Notes: a model not told the origin generated them from the letters alone. A stretch of DNA of 64,000 bases from Parcubacteria group bacterium (GCA_041661275.1 JBAZUU010000003.1:25586-89585); one strand, 5' to 3'. Positions 9,950 to 19,479 are shown, counted from the first letter of the stretch. Program-made: numbers and translations.

Positions 9950-10047
9950 CAATTACATAGCAAAAAAAGCGCCGGGTTTCCGGCTCTTTTTAATTGTCGA
10001 AAAACTCTATTTGGTTTATAATAAAGACACAAATACAAAATTTTACA

Positions 10048-11316
10048 ATGGGAATTTTTTCCAAAATTTTAGGTTTTAGCAATATTTCTAACGACTATCT
10101 TTTGTCACTGGATATTGGTACAGAAGTGGTGAAAGCGCTCGTTTTTAAGGTGGACAAGGAAACCGGAGACGGAATTGTTTTGGGTGTGGGGCGGGCACGC
10201 CAGGGATTGGGTGACATGCATAGTGGCGCCGTGTCTGATATTTCCGGCGTCATCGAAAATTGCCGGCGGGCGATCGAAATCGCCAAAACTATGGCCGGAG
10301 TGAAAAAAGCGGAAAAAGCCGTTGTGGGAATTGCCGGAGAACTGGTAAAGGGAACAACTACCACAGTGCACTATGAAAGGATAAAGCCGGAGATCAGGAT
10401 TGATTTGCCGGAATTGAAAAATATAGTCCAGAAAGTCCAGTGGAAAGCTTTTGACCGCATACGCCAGCAATTGGCTTGGGAAACGGGACATAGTGAAATT
10501 GAAGTGAAACTGATAAATGCCGTCATTGTCGATGTCAGGATTGATGGCTATAAAATTACCAATCCGGTCGGATTTCAGGGGCGGGACGTTTCTATCGCTA
10601 TTTTTAACGCTTACGCGCCAATGGTTCATCTGGGGGCTTTGCAAACTATTGCTGACGAATTAAAGTTGCAACTTATAAATATTGCCGCTGAACCATACGC
10701 GGTCGCCAAATCAATGGGTGTGGAAGAAATTACTGATTTTTCTGCCGTATTTATTGATATTGGTGGCGGAACAACAGACATTGCCATTGTTCGCAATGGC
10801 GGATTGGAAGGAACAAAAATGTTCGCGCTCGGTGGCCGGGCTTTTACCAAAAGACTGTCAAGAGATTTAGGCATGAATTTTGAAGAGGCGGAGCTTTTAA
10901 AAATACGCTATGCCGAAGGGAGATTATCGCCTGACGTCAGCGCCAAGATAGAAAAAATTCTGGAAGATGATTGTAATGTCTGGGTTTCGGGAGTGGAACT
11001 TTCGCTTGCTGAATTTGCCGAGGCTGATCTTTTACCTTACCGTTTCTTTTTATGTGGCGGGGGGTCGGGTCTTCCTGGGATAAGAAAAGCGCTTCTTTCT
11101 ACCGCGTGGAGAAAAAATATGCCGTTTGCCAAAGATATTGAAGTTGGATTTCTGCAACCTAAAGACGTGGCCAATATCCATGACAAGACCGGAGCTTTGA
11201 AAGATCCGCAGGACATCACGCCAATGGGGCTGGCCAATCTGGCGCTTGATCTGGTCGGAGAAGAAAAGGTGATGGCGGGGATATTGCGAAGAGCGGTAAA
11301 GATGATACAGAAGTAG
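10048..11316 (+). CDS. ftsA: Cell division protein FtsA (actin-like ATPase)
   Basis: LSLDIGTEVVKALVF (phosphate 1), IAAEPYAVAKS, and FIDIGGGTTDIAIV (phosphate 2) follow the FtsA pattern. ORF track begins at 9994; the ATG at 10048 (MGIFSK) is more likely. Confidence 0.8.
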   Translation: MGIFSKILGFSNISNDYLLSLDIGTEVVKALVFKVDKETGDGIVLGVGRARQGLGDMHSGAVSDISGVIENCRRAIEIAKTMAGVKKAEKAVVGIAGELVKGTTTTVHYERIKPEIRIDLPELKNIVQKVQWKAFDRIRQQLAWETGHSEIEVKLINAVIVDVRIDGYKITNPVGFQGRDVSIAIFNAYAPMVHLGALQTIADELKLQLINIAAEPYAVAKSMGVEEITDFSAVFIDIGGGTTDIAIVRNGGLEGTKMFALGGRAFTKRLSRDLGMNFEEAELLKIRYAEGRLSPDVSAKIEKILEDDCNVWVSGVELSLAEFAEADLLPYRFFLCGGGSGLPGIRKALLSTAWRKNMPFAKDIEVGFLQPKDVANIHDKTGALKDPQDITPMGLANLALDLVGEEKVMAGILRRAVKMIQK

Positions 11317-11490
11317 TCTGAACCACTGATTATCACTGATTTTCACATGAAGACACATGAATTTTGATAAGCAAGTTAGCATTTTAAAAAGCTAAAAGCC
11401 ATTTATTAAAAATCAGAGAAATAAATAAAAAAATGAACACCACTAAACTTCACGTGAAATCAGTGTTTTCGTGTGAGAATCAGTGGTTCA
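11317..11490. mobile_element. MITE-like element bounded by imperfect 40-nt inverted repeats (GTCTGAACCACTGATT...)
   Basis: Left end gtctgaaccactgattatcactgattttcacatgaag. Right end cttcacgtgaaatcagtgttttcgtgtgagaatcagtggttcagac is its imperfect reverse complement. The interior is AT-rich. Related solo copies lie at 6851-6900 and 48041-48058. Confidence 0.45.
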
Positions 11491-11497
11491 GACAATT

Positions 11498-13423
11498 ATG
11501 CATCAAACATTTTATATTGACATCGATGAAGAGATAACTTCAGTCGTGGAGCGTCTCAAAAAAGCTCGCGCCAGCGAGATTATTATGGTTGTTCCGAAAA
11601 GGGCGCTTCTGATTCAGAGCATCATTAATTTGCGGCTTTTGAAAAAAGAAGCAGAAGGAATGGGACTCCAACTGATGATTGTCACGCAGGATAAACTGGG
11701 AAAACTCCTTATTGAAAAAGCCGGAATTCTGGTTCAGCAGAAACTGGATGACGCGGATGATGAAATAGTGGACATTAGAGATAATAGTTCCGGCTATCAC
11801 CAGGAAAATAGTTCGGAATTGCCTTCTGAAAAAAAAGATCCTTCCGATGGCAGGCTGGATAAACTTGGTTCAGACAGCTATTTCCATAGCGCGGGAGCGC
11901 CAAAGGAAAAGCCAAAAGATAAAATATATGCTCTGGCCGGCAATGAAGCGGCGGAAAAAATAACCAACAAGGAATTGGTGACAGAAATTGGAAAAGATAT
12001 CAGAAAAAATTCTCCCAAAAGAATGGATTTGGGAATTGGCGCAAACACAAAGACAATTGCTAGCGGATTAGATAAACCGGACAGCTTATCCTGGGAGCCG
12101 GAAGCGGGACAAGTGGGCAAATATTTTTTGGGGGACAATAAGAATAGTTCTTTTGATCAGGATAAAAAGATAGAGCATTTCTTTCATCCGGAACACGATA
12201 CCCAAGCGCCCAGGCCTGAAAAGATCAGAAAAAAGATGGATTTTTCCAAGCTGAAAAGGGTGGTTTTGGCGATTGTCATCATAGCCATACTTTTTGGTCT
12301 GGGAGTGGCGGCATATGTCTTTATTCCTAAGGCTGACATATCTTTGGCCATCAAGCAAAAAATAAAAGAGCAGGATTATACTTTGAAGGGAGATGCGGCG
12401 AAGTCCGGTATTGATATAGAAAACGAAATCATCCCGGTAAAAATAGTGGAGATAACCAGTGAGGCGACCAGGGATTTTCCCACAACCGGCTCCGGGAAAA
12501 AATCGGTTTCAAGCCAGAAAGCGCATGGAACGATAACTATATACAATGAATTTAGTTCTTCCCCTCAGTCGCTGGTGGCGACCACCAGATTTTTGAGCGA
12601 CAGTGGAAAGCTTTTCCGACTGGTGGGTGCTGTAACTGTTCCTGGAACATCGAGCGTGAATGGAGAAACAAAACCAGGGGCGATCGAAGCAGAAGTAGCG
12701 GCTGATCAGGCCGGAGAAGATTATAACATCGAACCGACAAAATTTTCCATTCCTGGTTTCAAGGATAATGGTAATGACAAATATACCAAAATTTACGCCA
12801 AATCAACCAAAGCCATGAGTGGAGGAGGCAGCTCCACTGCATCAAACGGAGAAGCAAAGGCTATCACCACGGACGACATAGCCAAAGCCAAAAGCGAAAT
12901 ACTCGTTGACCTGAATAAGGATGCCAAGGATAAAATTTCAGCCGGATCCGCTGGCATGGTCGTTTTGAATGATGCTATTAATAATGATGAAGCAACATAT
13001 AAGACTTCTAATTCAGTGGGTGAAGTGGTTGATAAATTTCAGATCATTGCAAGTTCGCGTTCACAGGCCATTGTTTTTAACGAGAAAGACTTGAAAGAAT
13101 TGATCAGCGCGCTTCTGGCCAAATCAGCCGGAGGAACTAAGATGGATTCAAGCGAGATTTCACTGGAGTATGGCAAGTCATTGCCTGATTTCAAAAATAA
13201 GACACTCGATATCAAAGTGCACGCCGTGGGCAAAATCGGAGGCGGAATAGATCTGGAAAAATTCAAGAAAGAAATAGAGGGAAAAAACAACGATGAGTTT
13301 GAAAGTTACTTGAGTAATTATCCGGACATTACTAAAGCGGAAGTTACTTATTGGCCGCCATTTATTTCCAAAATTCCGAGATTTTCTCAAAGAATAGGAG
13401 TGACTCTTGACACATCTCAATAA
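11498..13423 (+). CDS. Hypothetical single-pass membrane protein with D/K/S-rich linker
   Basis: ORF track 11483 has a GTG start that overlaps the right inverted repeat; ATG at 11498. TM helix VVLAIVIIAILFGLGVAAYVFI. Low-complexity acidic regions. Confidence 0.5.
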   Translation: MHQTFYIDIDEEITSVVERLKKARASEIIMVVPKRALLIQSIINLRLLKKEAEGMGLQLMIVTQDKLGKLLIEKAGILVQQKLDDADDEIVDIRDNSSGYHQENSSELPSEKKDPSDGRLDKLGSDSYFHSAGAPKEKPKDKIYALAGNEAAEKITNKELVTEIGKDIRKNSPKRMDLGIGANTKTIASGLDKPDSLSWEPEAGQVGKYFLGDNKNSSFDQDKKIEHFFHPEHDTQAPRPEKIRKKMDFSKLKRVVLAIVIIAILFGLGVAAYVFIPKADISLAIKQKIKEQDYTLKGDAAKSGIDIENEIIPVKIVEITSEATRDFPTTGSGKKSVSSQKAHGTITIYNEFSSSPQSLVATTRFLSDSGKLFRLVGAVTVPGTSSVNGETKPGAIEAEVAADQAGEDYNIEPTKFSIPGFKDNGNDKYTKIYAKSTKAMSGGGSSTASNGEAKAITTDDIAKAKSEILVDLNKDAKDKISAGSAGMVVLNDAINNDEATYKTSNSVGEVVDKFQIIASSRSQAIVFNEKDLKELISALLAKSAGGTKMDSSEISLEYGKSLPDFKNKTLDIKVHAVGKIGGGIDLEKFKKEIEGKNNDEFESYLSNYPDITKAEVTYWPPFISKIPRFSQRIGVTLDTSQ

Positions 13424-13579
13424 TTGCCTTAAGATAATAAAGGAATTTGTAAAACAGAATATTCACACATAAATAGAGGGAATTTCCTGGATTCAGGAAT
13501 TTGGAATGACTCACGCTTCCCGGGGCTTTTTTACGAGCTCTGGAAGTCCGTCTATTTTTTTGTTTTTCCGAGATTTTAT

Positions 13580-13801
13580 ATGGTAAATGATAAAGAATTA
13601 GTCAAATTTGAAGGAGTGGTCGAGGAAACCTTGCCCAGCACTACTTTTCGAGTGAAATTAGATAATGGACACGAAATCCTGGCTCATATTTCCGGCAGAA
13701 TGAGAGTAAACTATATCCGGCTTATTCCGGGCGACCGGGTGCTGGTGGAAATGAGTCCCTATGATCTGACTAAGGGAAGGATAACCCAGAGATTAAAATA
13801 A
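13580..13801 (+). CDS. infA: Translation initiation factor IF-1
   Basis: 73 aa. KGRITQRLK and [20 protein letters not shown] are typical of IF-1. It is the first gene of the alpha operon. Confidence 0.9.
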   Translation: MVNDKELVKFEGVVEETLPSTTFRVKLDNGHEILAHISGRMRVNYIRLIPGDRVLVEMSPYDLTKGRITQRLK

Positions 13802-13804
13802 ACC

Positions 13805-13919
13805 TATGAAGGTGAGAGCTTCTGTCAAAAAAATTTGTGATAAATGCAAAACAGTAAAGCGTAAGGGAAAACTTTACGTGATTTGTTCTAATCCAAAACA
13901 TAAGCAAAGACAGGGATAA
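13805..13919 (+). CDS. rpmJ: 50S ribosomal protein L36, apparently disrupted by a +1 frameshift (extra G near 13860/13861)
   Basis: ATG at 13805 encodes [19 protein letters not shown] then hits TAA at 13862. The +1 frame continues [19 protein letters not shown] to 13919. Deleting one G from gcgg restores full-length L36. Confidence 0.5.
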
Positions 13920-13923
13920 AACT

Positions 13924-14310
13924 ATGTTACGAATATCGGGAGTAAATATTCCAGACGACAAAAGAATAGAAGTATCTCTAACCTATATCTATGGCATAGG
14001 ACAGTCTACTGCGACCAAAATTCTGGAAGAATTGGAAATCGACACCTTGAAAAGGACTAAAGATCTGACAGAAGAAGAGCAGAATAAAATCAGAACTCAT
14101 GTAGAAAAAAGGATAAAGGTAGAAGGGGAATTAAAATTGGCCGTGCGGGATAACGTAAAAAGACTGAAAGAAATTGGGTCTTACCGGGGGACAAGACATC
14201 AGAAGGGCTTGCCAACGAGAGGTCAAAGGACTAAAACCAATACCCGAACAGTGAGAGGAAATGTGAGACGAACGATGGGATCAGGAAGAGTGAAGACGGA
14301 GAAAACTTAA
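13924..14310 (+). CDS. rpsM: 30S ribosomal protein S13
   Basis: [26 protein letters not shown] plus conserved operon position. Confidence 0.9.
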   Translation: MLRISGVNIPDDKRIEVSLTYIYGIGQSTATKILEELEIDTLKRTKDLTEEEQNKIRTHVEKRIKVEGELKLAVRDNVKRLKEIGSYRGTRHQKGLPTRGQRTKTNTRTVRGNVRRTMGSGRVKTEKT

Positions 14311-14400
14311 AACGATGCTAATCCACGAATAAAGGCGAATCTGCGAATTGCTAATAATTCGCAATTAGCGGATTAGCGTATATTAGCAGATTAGCATCAC
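14311..14400. repeat. Array of short GCTAAT/ATTAGC and CGAAT repeats forming an imperfect palindrome between rpsM and rpsK
   Basis: gatGCTAATc...GCTAATaattcgcaATTAGCggATTAGCgtatATTAGCagATTAGCatc. Confidence 0.5.
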
Positions 14401-14408
14401 TTAAAATT

Positions 14409-14885
14409 ATGTCTGAAAAAGAAATTAAAACCGAAGAACTCAAGGAAACAGTTGAAAAGACTGAAAATTTAGCAGTGGAGGAAAAAGTAGCACCATCTGA
14501 CGCGGAAAAAAAGAAGAAAGCCAAAAAGATCAAAAGGCAAATTTCCAAGGGAAAGGCTAGTATCAAATGCACCTATAATAATACCATGGTCACTCTTTCT
14601 GATTCTAATGGACAGGTTTTGGCCTGGGCTACATCAGGGCTTCTGGGATTTAAGGGTGCGAAAAAAGCGACTCCTTATGCCGCGACTCAAGTAGTGGCGA
14701 ACGTTGCAGAAAAAGTGAGAAAATATGGCCTCAAGGAATTGGAAGTTTATGTAAAGGGCGTAGGTTCGGGAAGGGAAGCTTCAATAAGAGCTTTAGCTAA
14801 CAATGGATTCGATCTGATTTTAATAAAAGATATAACACCAATTCCACATAACGGATGCCGGCCGAAAAAGCCAAGGCGAGTATAA
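14409..14885 (+). CDS. rpsK: 30S ribosomal protein S11 (with K/E-rich N-terminal extension)
   Basis: ASIKCTYNNTMVTLSDSNGQVLAWATSG...TPYAA is the S11 core. Confidence 0.9.
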   Translation: MSEKEIKTEELKETVEKTENLAVEEKVAPSDAEKKKKAKKIKRQISKGKASIKCTYNNTMVTLSDSNGQVLAWATSGLLGFKGAKKATPYAATQVVANVAEKVRKYGLKELEVYVKGVGSGREASIRALANNGFDLILIKDITPIPHNGCRPKKPRRV

Positions 14886-14889
14886 ATTT

Positions 14890-15522
14890 ATGGCAAGAAA
14901 CACAGATCCAAAATGCAGACTTTGTCGAAGAGCCGGAGAAAAGCTCTTTCTTAAGGGTGACAGATGCGCTTCGCCCAAATGTGGCATCGTTCGAAAAGCT
15001 TATGCTCCCGGAATGCACGGAAAAAAGATGAGCCGCAACAAAAGCGAATACGGAGCGCAATTGGCTGTGAAACAAAAAATCAAAAGAATTTATGGAGTGA
15101 TGGAAAGACAATTTAGAAAACATTTTGATGAGGTGAAGAATAAAAAAGGAATTACCGGAGACCTTCTGCTCGCGCGATTGGAAACACGACTGGATAACGT
15201 AGTCTACAGACTGGGTCTTGCCAGTTCCCGGGCGCAAGCCAGGCAAATAGTAACTCACGGCCTCATCGCTGTTAATGGCAAAAAGGTTGATATTCCTTCA
15301 TATCAGGTGAAAGTTGGCCAGATAATTTCCGCCAGCGCCACTAAAAAAGACAAAAATTATTATAAATCATTGGAACAGGCTATAAAAAACAAGAAAGATT
15401 TTCCAAGCTGGTTGAGTTTTGACGCCGGGAAAATGGAAGGAAAGATTATGTCCTCTCCTACGCGTGACGATATGGGAGTGATGCTGGACGCGCAGGTTGT
15501 CGTTGAATATTATTCCAGGTAA
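14890..15522 (+). CDS. rpsD: 30S ribosomal protein S4
   Basis: N-terminal zinc ribbon CRLCRRAGEKLFLKGDRCASPKC and an S4 domain. Confidence 0.9.
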   Translation: MARNTDPKCRLCRRAGEKLFLKGDRCASPKCGIVRKAYAPGMHGKKMSRNKSEYGAQLAVKQKIKRIYGVMERQFRKHFDEVKNKKGITGDLLLARLETRLDNVVYRLGLASSRAQARQIVTHGLIAVNGKKVDIPSYQVKVGQIISASATKKDKNYYKSLEQAIKNKKDFPSWLSFDAGKMEGKIMSSPTRDDMGVMLDAQVVVEYYSR

Positions 15523-15539
15523 TTAATTATAAAAAAATT

Positions 15540-16505
15540 ATGCAAGCTATTACACTTCCTCAAAAACCGAAGTATAAGGATGAGGGGAATAACATGGGAA
15601 AATTTGAAATTGAAGGATGCTACCCGGGTTATGGAACAACTCTGGGAAATGCGCTTCGACGCGTGCTTCTTTCCTCGCTTTCCGGCGCGGCTGTTGTTTC
15701 TGTCAAAATCAAAGGCGTGAAACACGAATTTTCTACCATTCCTAATGTTCAGGAAGATGTTATTCAGATCATATTAAACTTGAAACAGGTCAGATTTAAG
15801 CTACATAAAGACGAACCAGCCAGGGTGACACTAAAAGTTAAGGGTGAAAAAGAGATAAAGGCCGGAGCTATCACTTGTTCTTCGGATGTGGAAATTGTGA
15901 ATCCGGAAGCGCATATCGCGACCATTACCAGCGCTAAAGGTGAAATTGAAATGGAAATGGAAGTGGAAAGTGGCATTGGTTATGTTCCAGTGGAGCAACA
16001 GGAAAGAGAGAAAAAGGAAGTGGGGACGATCGCGCTTGATGCCATTTATACTCCAATAAAGAGAGTCAACTATACTATTGAGAATATGCGAGTGGGGAAA
16101 AGAACTGATTTTGAAAGGATTAATCTGATCGTGACAACGGATGGAAGCATTGCTCCTCAGGAAGCTTTTTCCAAGGCGGTCAATATTCTTGCGGAACAGT
16201 TTGAGGTATTGAAAAAACTCGATGAAAAAGATGAAAAAGAAGAAGTGATTGAGGAAAAAGACGAAAAGGATGAAAAAGTCGAAAAAGAGGAAAAAATTGA
16301 CGATCCGAAAGAAGTTTTAGTCACCGACCTCAAAAGTCTTTCTACCAGAACTTTGAATGTTCTGGAAAAAAGCAAAATCAAGAATCTGGGAGGAATTTTA
16401 AAGCTCACCGAAGATCAGCTGAATGATTTGGAAGGAATGGGAGGCAAGGGGATAAAGGAGATAAAAAAAGCTATTGGGGATTATGGATTTAATCTTAAGA
16501 AGTAA
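15540..16505 (+). CDS. rpoA: DNA-directed RNA polymerase subunit alpha (with acidic KDE-rich linker insertion)
   Basis: GYGTTLGNALRRVLLSS is the alpha NTD motif. The CTD follows a low-complexity EKDEK linker. Start may be the ATG at 15594. Confidence 0.85.
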   Translation: MQAITLPQKPKYKDEGNNMGKFEIEGCYPGYGTTLGNALRRVLLSSLSGAAVVSVKIKGVKHEFSTIPNVQEDVIQIILNLKQVRFKLHKDEPARVTLKVKGEKEIKAGAITCSSDVEIVNPEAHIATITSAKGEIEMEMEVESGIGYVPVEQQEREKKEVGTIALDAIYTPIKRVNYTIENMRVGKRTDFERINLIVTTDGSIAPQEAFSKAVNILAEQFEVLKKLDEKDEKEEVIEEKDEKDEKVEKEEKIDDPKEVLVTDLKSLSTRTLNVLEKSKIKNLGGILKLTEDQLNDLEGMGGKGIKEIKKAIGDYGFNLKK

Positions 16506-16532
16506 GAAGAAAGAAGTAAGAAGAAAGCGAAT

Positions 16533-16898
16533 ATGAGACACCAAAAACATGGAAGAAAATTTGGCAGAGTGAGAAATCAAAGAAAGGCGCTCCTGAAAAC
16601 GATGCTGGGGAGTTTGATTATGCGTGAAAAAATCCAAACAACCGAGGCCAAAGCTAAGGAACTGAAAAGCAAGATCGACCGAATCATCAACAAAGCGAAA
16701 AAGACGAAGAATAAGGATATGAAAGTGGCTATCATCAGGGATTTGAAAGATAGCATCCCGATGATGGCGGTAAGCAAATTAATTACCAAAGACTTTATAG
16801 CTAAAGTTGAAGGAAGAACCAGTGGATATTCACGAGTGATCCGATTGCCAAGAAGAAAGGGTGATGGAGCAAGAATGGCAGTAGTGGAGTTAGTTTAA
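16533..16898 (+). CDS. rplQ: 50S ribosomal protein L17
   Basis: MRHQKHGRKFGRVRNQRKALL is the L17 N-terminus. Confidence 0.9.
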   Translation: MRHQKHGRKFGRVRNQRKALLKTMLGSLIMREKIQTTEAKAKELKSKIDRIINKAKKTKNKDMKVAIIRDLKDSIPMMAVSKLITKDFIAKVEGRTSGYSRVIRLPRRKGDGARMAVVELV

Positions 16899-16987
16899 TA
16901 GCGATACGAATGACACGAATTGCATACGAATGCCACGAAGGAGTCAATTAGTATCATTCGCATGTAATTCGTAGATTAGTATCGCTT
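16899..16987. repeat. ACGAAT/ATTCG hexamer array forming an imperfect palindrome between rplQ and rplM
   Basis: Four copies of acgaa(t) followed by two copies of attcg. Outer arms gcgatac...gtatcgc. Confidence 0.5.
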
Positions 16988-16999
16988 TGAAGGAAATTT

Positions 17000-17395
17000 A
17001 TGAAACCGATCAGTCGAAAATATCATTTGTTTAATGCCGAAGGGAAGACTCCTGGACGAATGGCGACAGAGATCGTAAAGGTTCTCCGTGGCAAGAACAA
17101 GGTTGATTGGACTCCACATATTGATGCGGGAGATTTCGCCGTGGTTATCAATTCTGATAAGATAGCGGTTCTTGGTGGAAAAGAAAGCAAAAAAACCTAT
17201 TATCATTTTAGCGGATATCCGGGAGGAATCAGCGCCATAAAATTAAAAGACCAGATTGTGAAGGACTCAAGAAAAGTTATCAAGGACACTCTTTATGGAA
17301 TGCTTCCGAAAAACAAACTGCGCGACCGGATGATGACGAGACTTTTAGTGTATAAAGATGATAAGCATACACATAAGATAGAGATAACGCATTAA
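17000..17395 (+). CDS. rplM: 50S ribosomal protein L13
   Basis: GRMATEIVKVLRGKNK...DAGDFAVVIN is the L13 pattern. Confidence 0.9.
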   Translation: MKPISRKYHLFNAEGKTPGRMATEIVKVLRGKNKVDWTPHIDAGDFAVVINSDKIAVLGGKESKKTYYHFSGYPGGISAIKLKDQIVKDSRKVIKDTLYGMLPKNKLRDRMMTRLLVYKDDKHTHKIEITH

Positions 17396-17506
17396 TTTAA
17401 AATTTTAAATTTAGAATTTTAAATCAAATCTTAATTTTAAATTTAAAATTAAATCATTTAAAATTCATTTCAAATTTCAAATTTAGAATTTAAAATTATT
17501 AGATAT

Positions 17507-17956
17507 ATGGTTACAAAGAAAGTTAAAGAAAAAGCAGAACCCAAAGAAGAAGCAAAAGCTTCCCGGTATTTTTACGGTCTCGGAAAAAGAAAAACAGCTA
17601 TTGCGCAGGTGCGGATCTACGTAGCCGGGAAAGAAGGAAAGGGAGTTGTGGTCAATGAAAAATCATTTGAAAAATATTTTCCGATCGCGCGTCTACGAGA
17701 TCTGGTGAAAGAGCCCTTAGCTTTGGCCGGACAAGACGCCAAGTTCGATGTCAGCGCCAGAGTTCACGGTGGGGGAGTGAATGCCCAAGCGGAAGCTATC
17801 AGACTGGGAATTTCTCGGGCGCTTATTGAATTCAACCCCGAACTGCGAAAATCACTCCGAGACAATGGATTTTTGACCCGTGATTCCAGGATTGTGGAAC
17901 GAAAAAAACCAGGTTTGCGAAAAGCCCGAAGAGCGCCACAGTGGGCAAAACGCTAA
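17507..17956 (+). CDS. rpsI: 30S ribosomal protein S9
   Basis: C-terminal GGGVNAQAEAIRLGISRAL...RKKPGLRKARRAPQWAKR is S9. Confidence 0.9.
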   Translation: MVTKKVKEKAEPKEEAKASRYFYGLGKRKTAIAQVRIYVAGKEGKGVVVNEKSFEKYFPIARLRDLVKEPLALAGQDAKFDVSARVHGGGVNAQAEAIRLGISRALIEFNPELRKSLRDNGFLTRDSRIVERKKPGLRKARRAPQWAKR

Positions 17957-17984
17957 TTTTGAGTACATTACATTTATATATACC

Positions 17985-18011
17985 AAAAATCCTGTGAAAG
18001 CGGGATTTTTG
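17985..18011 (+). terminator. Rho-independent terminator after rpsI
   Basis: Hairpin atcctgtgaaagcgggat followed by ttttt. Confidence 0.55.
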
Positions 18012-18041
18012 GCTTATATAGGGGATAATATGATCTTATGT

Positions 18042-18070
18042 TTGACAAAATGGTTAAAAAGGAGTATAAT
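18042..18070 (+). promoter_or_regulatory. Sigma-70 consensus promoter TTGACA-N17-TATAAT
   Basis: ttgaca 18042-18047 and tataat 18065-18070, spacer 17 nt. A roughly 115-nt leader with nested stems (acagc...gctgt; ctctacgtcgtgtagag) follows. Confidence 0.55.
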
Positions 18071-18188
18071 GTAAGGTTGAACATTAAAAATTTATACCTA
18101 GCCATTTAACAGCCATTTTCTGGCCAGCTCTACGTCGTGTAGAGGCAGCCGGAAATGTGCTGTTAAAAACAAATGAAAGGTAGAGACA

Positions 18189-18704
18189 ATGGAAAACGTA
18201 CTCGAACTTTTTAGTAAAGGCAAGGATCTTTCTGCTGATTTGGCAGAAAAAGTTGAAAAAGTTTGTTTGATTGTTGAAAGGTTGGACAAGTTTAAATCTG
18301 GTGAAGAAAGAAGAATTTTGTGGGAAGAATTTGAAGACATGCTCGGAATTGAAGTCGAGATATGTCATCAAGTAATAAAGGATGATGAGACCGGAGAAGT
18401 GATTGATGAATACGTCGAGTGTTCAGTCAATCAACGCCCGGACAACCTTTTCTGGCACCTCTGTCAGAACTTGCCCTCACTTTACACGGTTGATTGGACT
18501 GAAGGAAGGGATTACGTCATTCTTCCTAATGGTTTTGTAATCGAGCTGTGTAGCACTGGACTGTATTATTCGAAAAACATCAATTCGCTCACGAATCGGA
18601 TTCTTGATGAAATCAAGAGTCAAGAAGAATATCGAAAAGAATGTGAAGAGTCGGAGCGAGAGTATTACTCCTCAGAAGAATGTCGGGAGTGGTACAAGAA
18701 GTAG
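18189..18704 (+). CDS. Hypothetical acidic Cys-rich protein inserted within the ribosomal protein gene cluster
   Basis: 171-aa ORF with six or more Cys and an E/S-rich tail. No recognisable motif. Confidence 0.45.
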   Translation: MENVLELFSKGKDLSADLAEKVEKVCLIVERLDKFKSGEERRILWEEFEDMLGIEVEICHQVIKDDETGEVIDEYVECSVNQRPDNLFWHLCQNLPSLYTVDWTEGRDYVILPNGFVIELCSTGLYYSKNINSLTNRILDEIKSQEEYRKECEESEREYYSSEECREWYKK

Positions 18705-18915
18705 GAACTATTATATCGAAATTGAGTACTGCAAAGAAGCCGGATAGTAGAAAAATAGAAACTTGATTTTGTTTAATTAGGCTAAGAGCACAAGATTAGA
18801 GAAATGGGTCTAATCTTATCAATCCCTAGGATTTACACCGCGCTTGTAAGTCCTTTTTTATTTTCCAAAACAAAACCGCCCTTTTGAGGCGGATTTATTT
18901 TGTTAGAGTTGTATG

Positions 18916-19209
18916 TTATTTCTTCTTTTTCTTGGAAATTGTCTTTTTGATCTCCGGTTTGGTTTTGACGCGTTCTTTCTTTTTCGGTTTCGCAGCCAAT
19001 TTCTTGGCGGCAATTTCTGTCAGTTTCTTGAAGCGGTCAACTCGTCCGGCGGTGTCCATCAGCTTCTTTTTGCCGGTATAAAATGGATGGCAAGCGGAGC
19101 AGATTTCCACTTTCATTTCCGGCATAGTTGAGCCGGCGGTAATGACATTGCCGCAAGCGCAAGTAATTTTGGCGTTTTTGTAGTATTTGGGATGAATATT
19201 CTTTTTCAT
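18916..19209 (-). CDS. rpmE: 50S ribosomal protein L31 (with K-rich C-terminal tail)
   Basis: [28 protein letters not shown]...[13 protein letters not shown] is the L31 zinc-ribbon pattern. Confidence 0.85.
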   Translation of the reverse strand: MKKNIHPKYYKNAKITCACGNVITAGSTMPEMKVEICSACHPFYTGKKKLMDTAGRVDRFKKLTEIAAKKLAAKPKKKERVKTKPEIKKTISKKKKK

Positions 19210-19260
19210 GATATCTCTACGAATTACGAATCTGTACGAATGTACGAATTACGAATCCTG
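19203..19260. repeat. Five tandem ACGAAT hexamers upstream of rpmE (minus strand)
   Basis: ctACGAATtACGAATctgtACGAATgtACGAATtACGAATcc. Confidence 0.5.
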
Positions 19261-19479
19261 TTAAAATCTAGTTTTAGTTACTAAATTAGCCTATCACAAG
19301 GGTTTAAAATTGACAAGAGGCGCCGGAGTTGATATATTGTATTAGTACCATTTGGTATAAAACACATACTTATTTAGGCTTTATCCTGTCCCGCCATAAT
19401 TTTGCGAAGCAAAACTAAAGCGGGTTATTAAAGCCATACAGCAAATAAGTAGAGGATAATTAATTAAGGAATAAACAAT

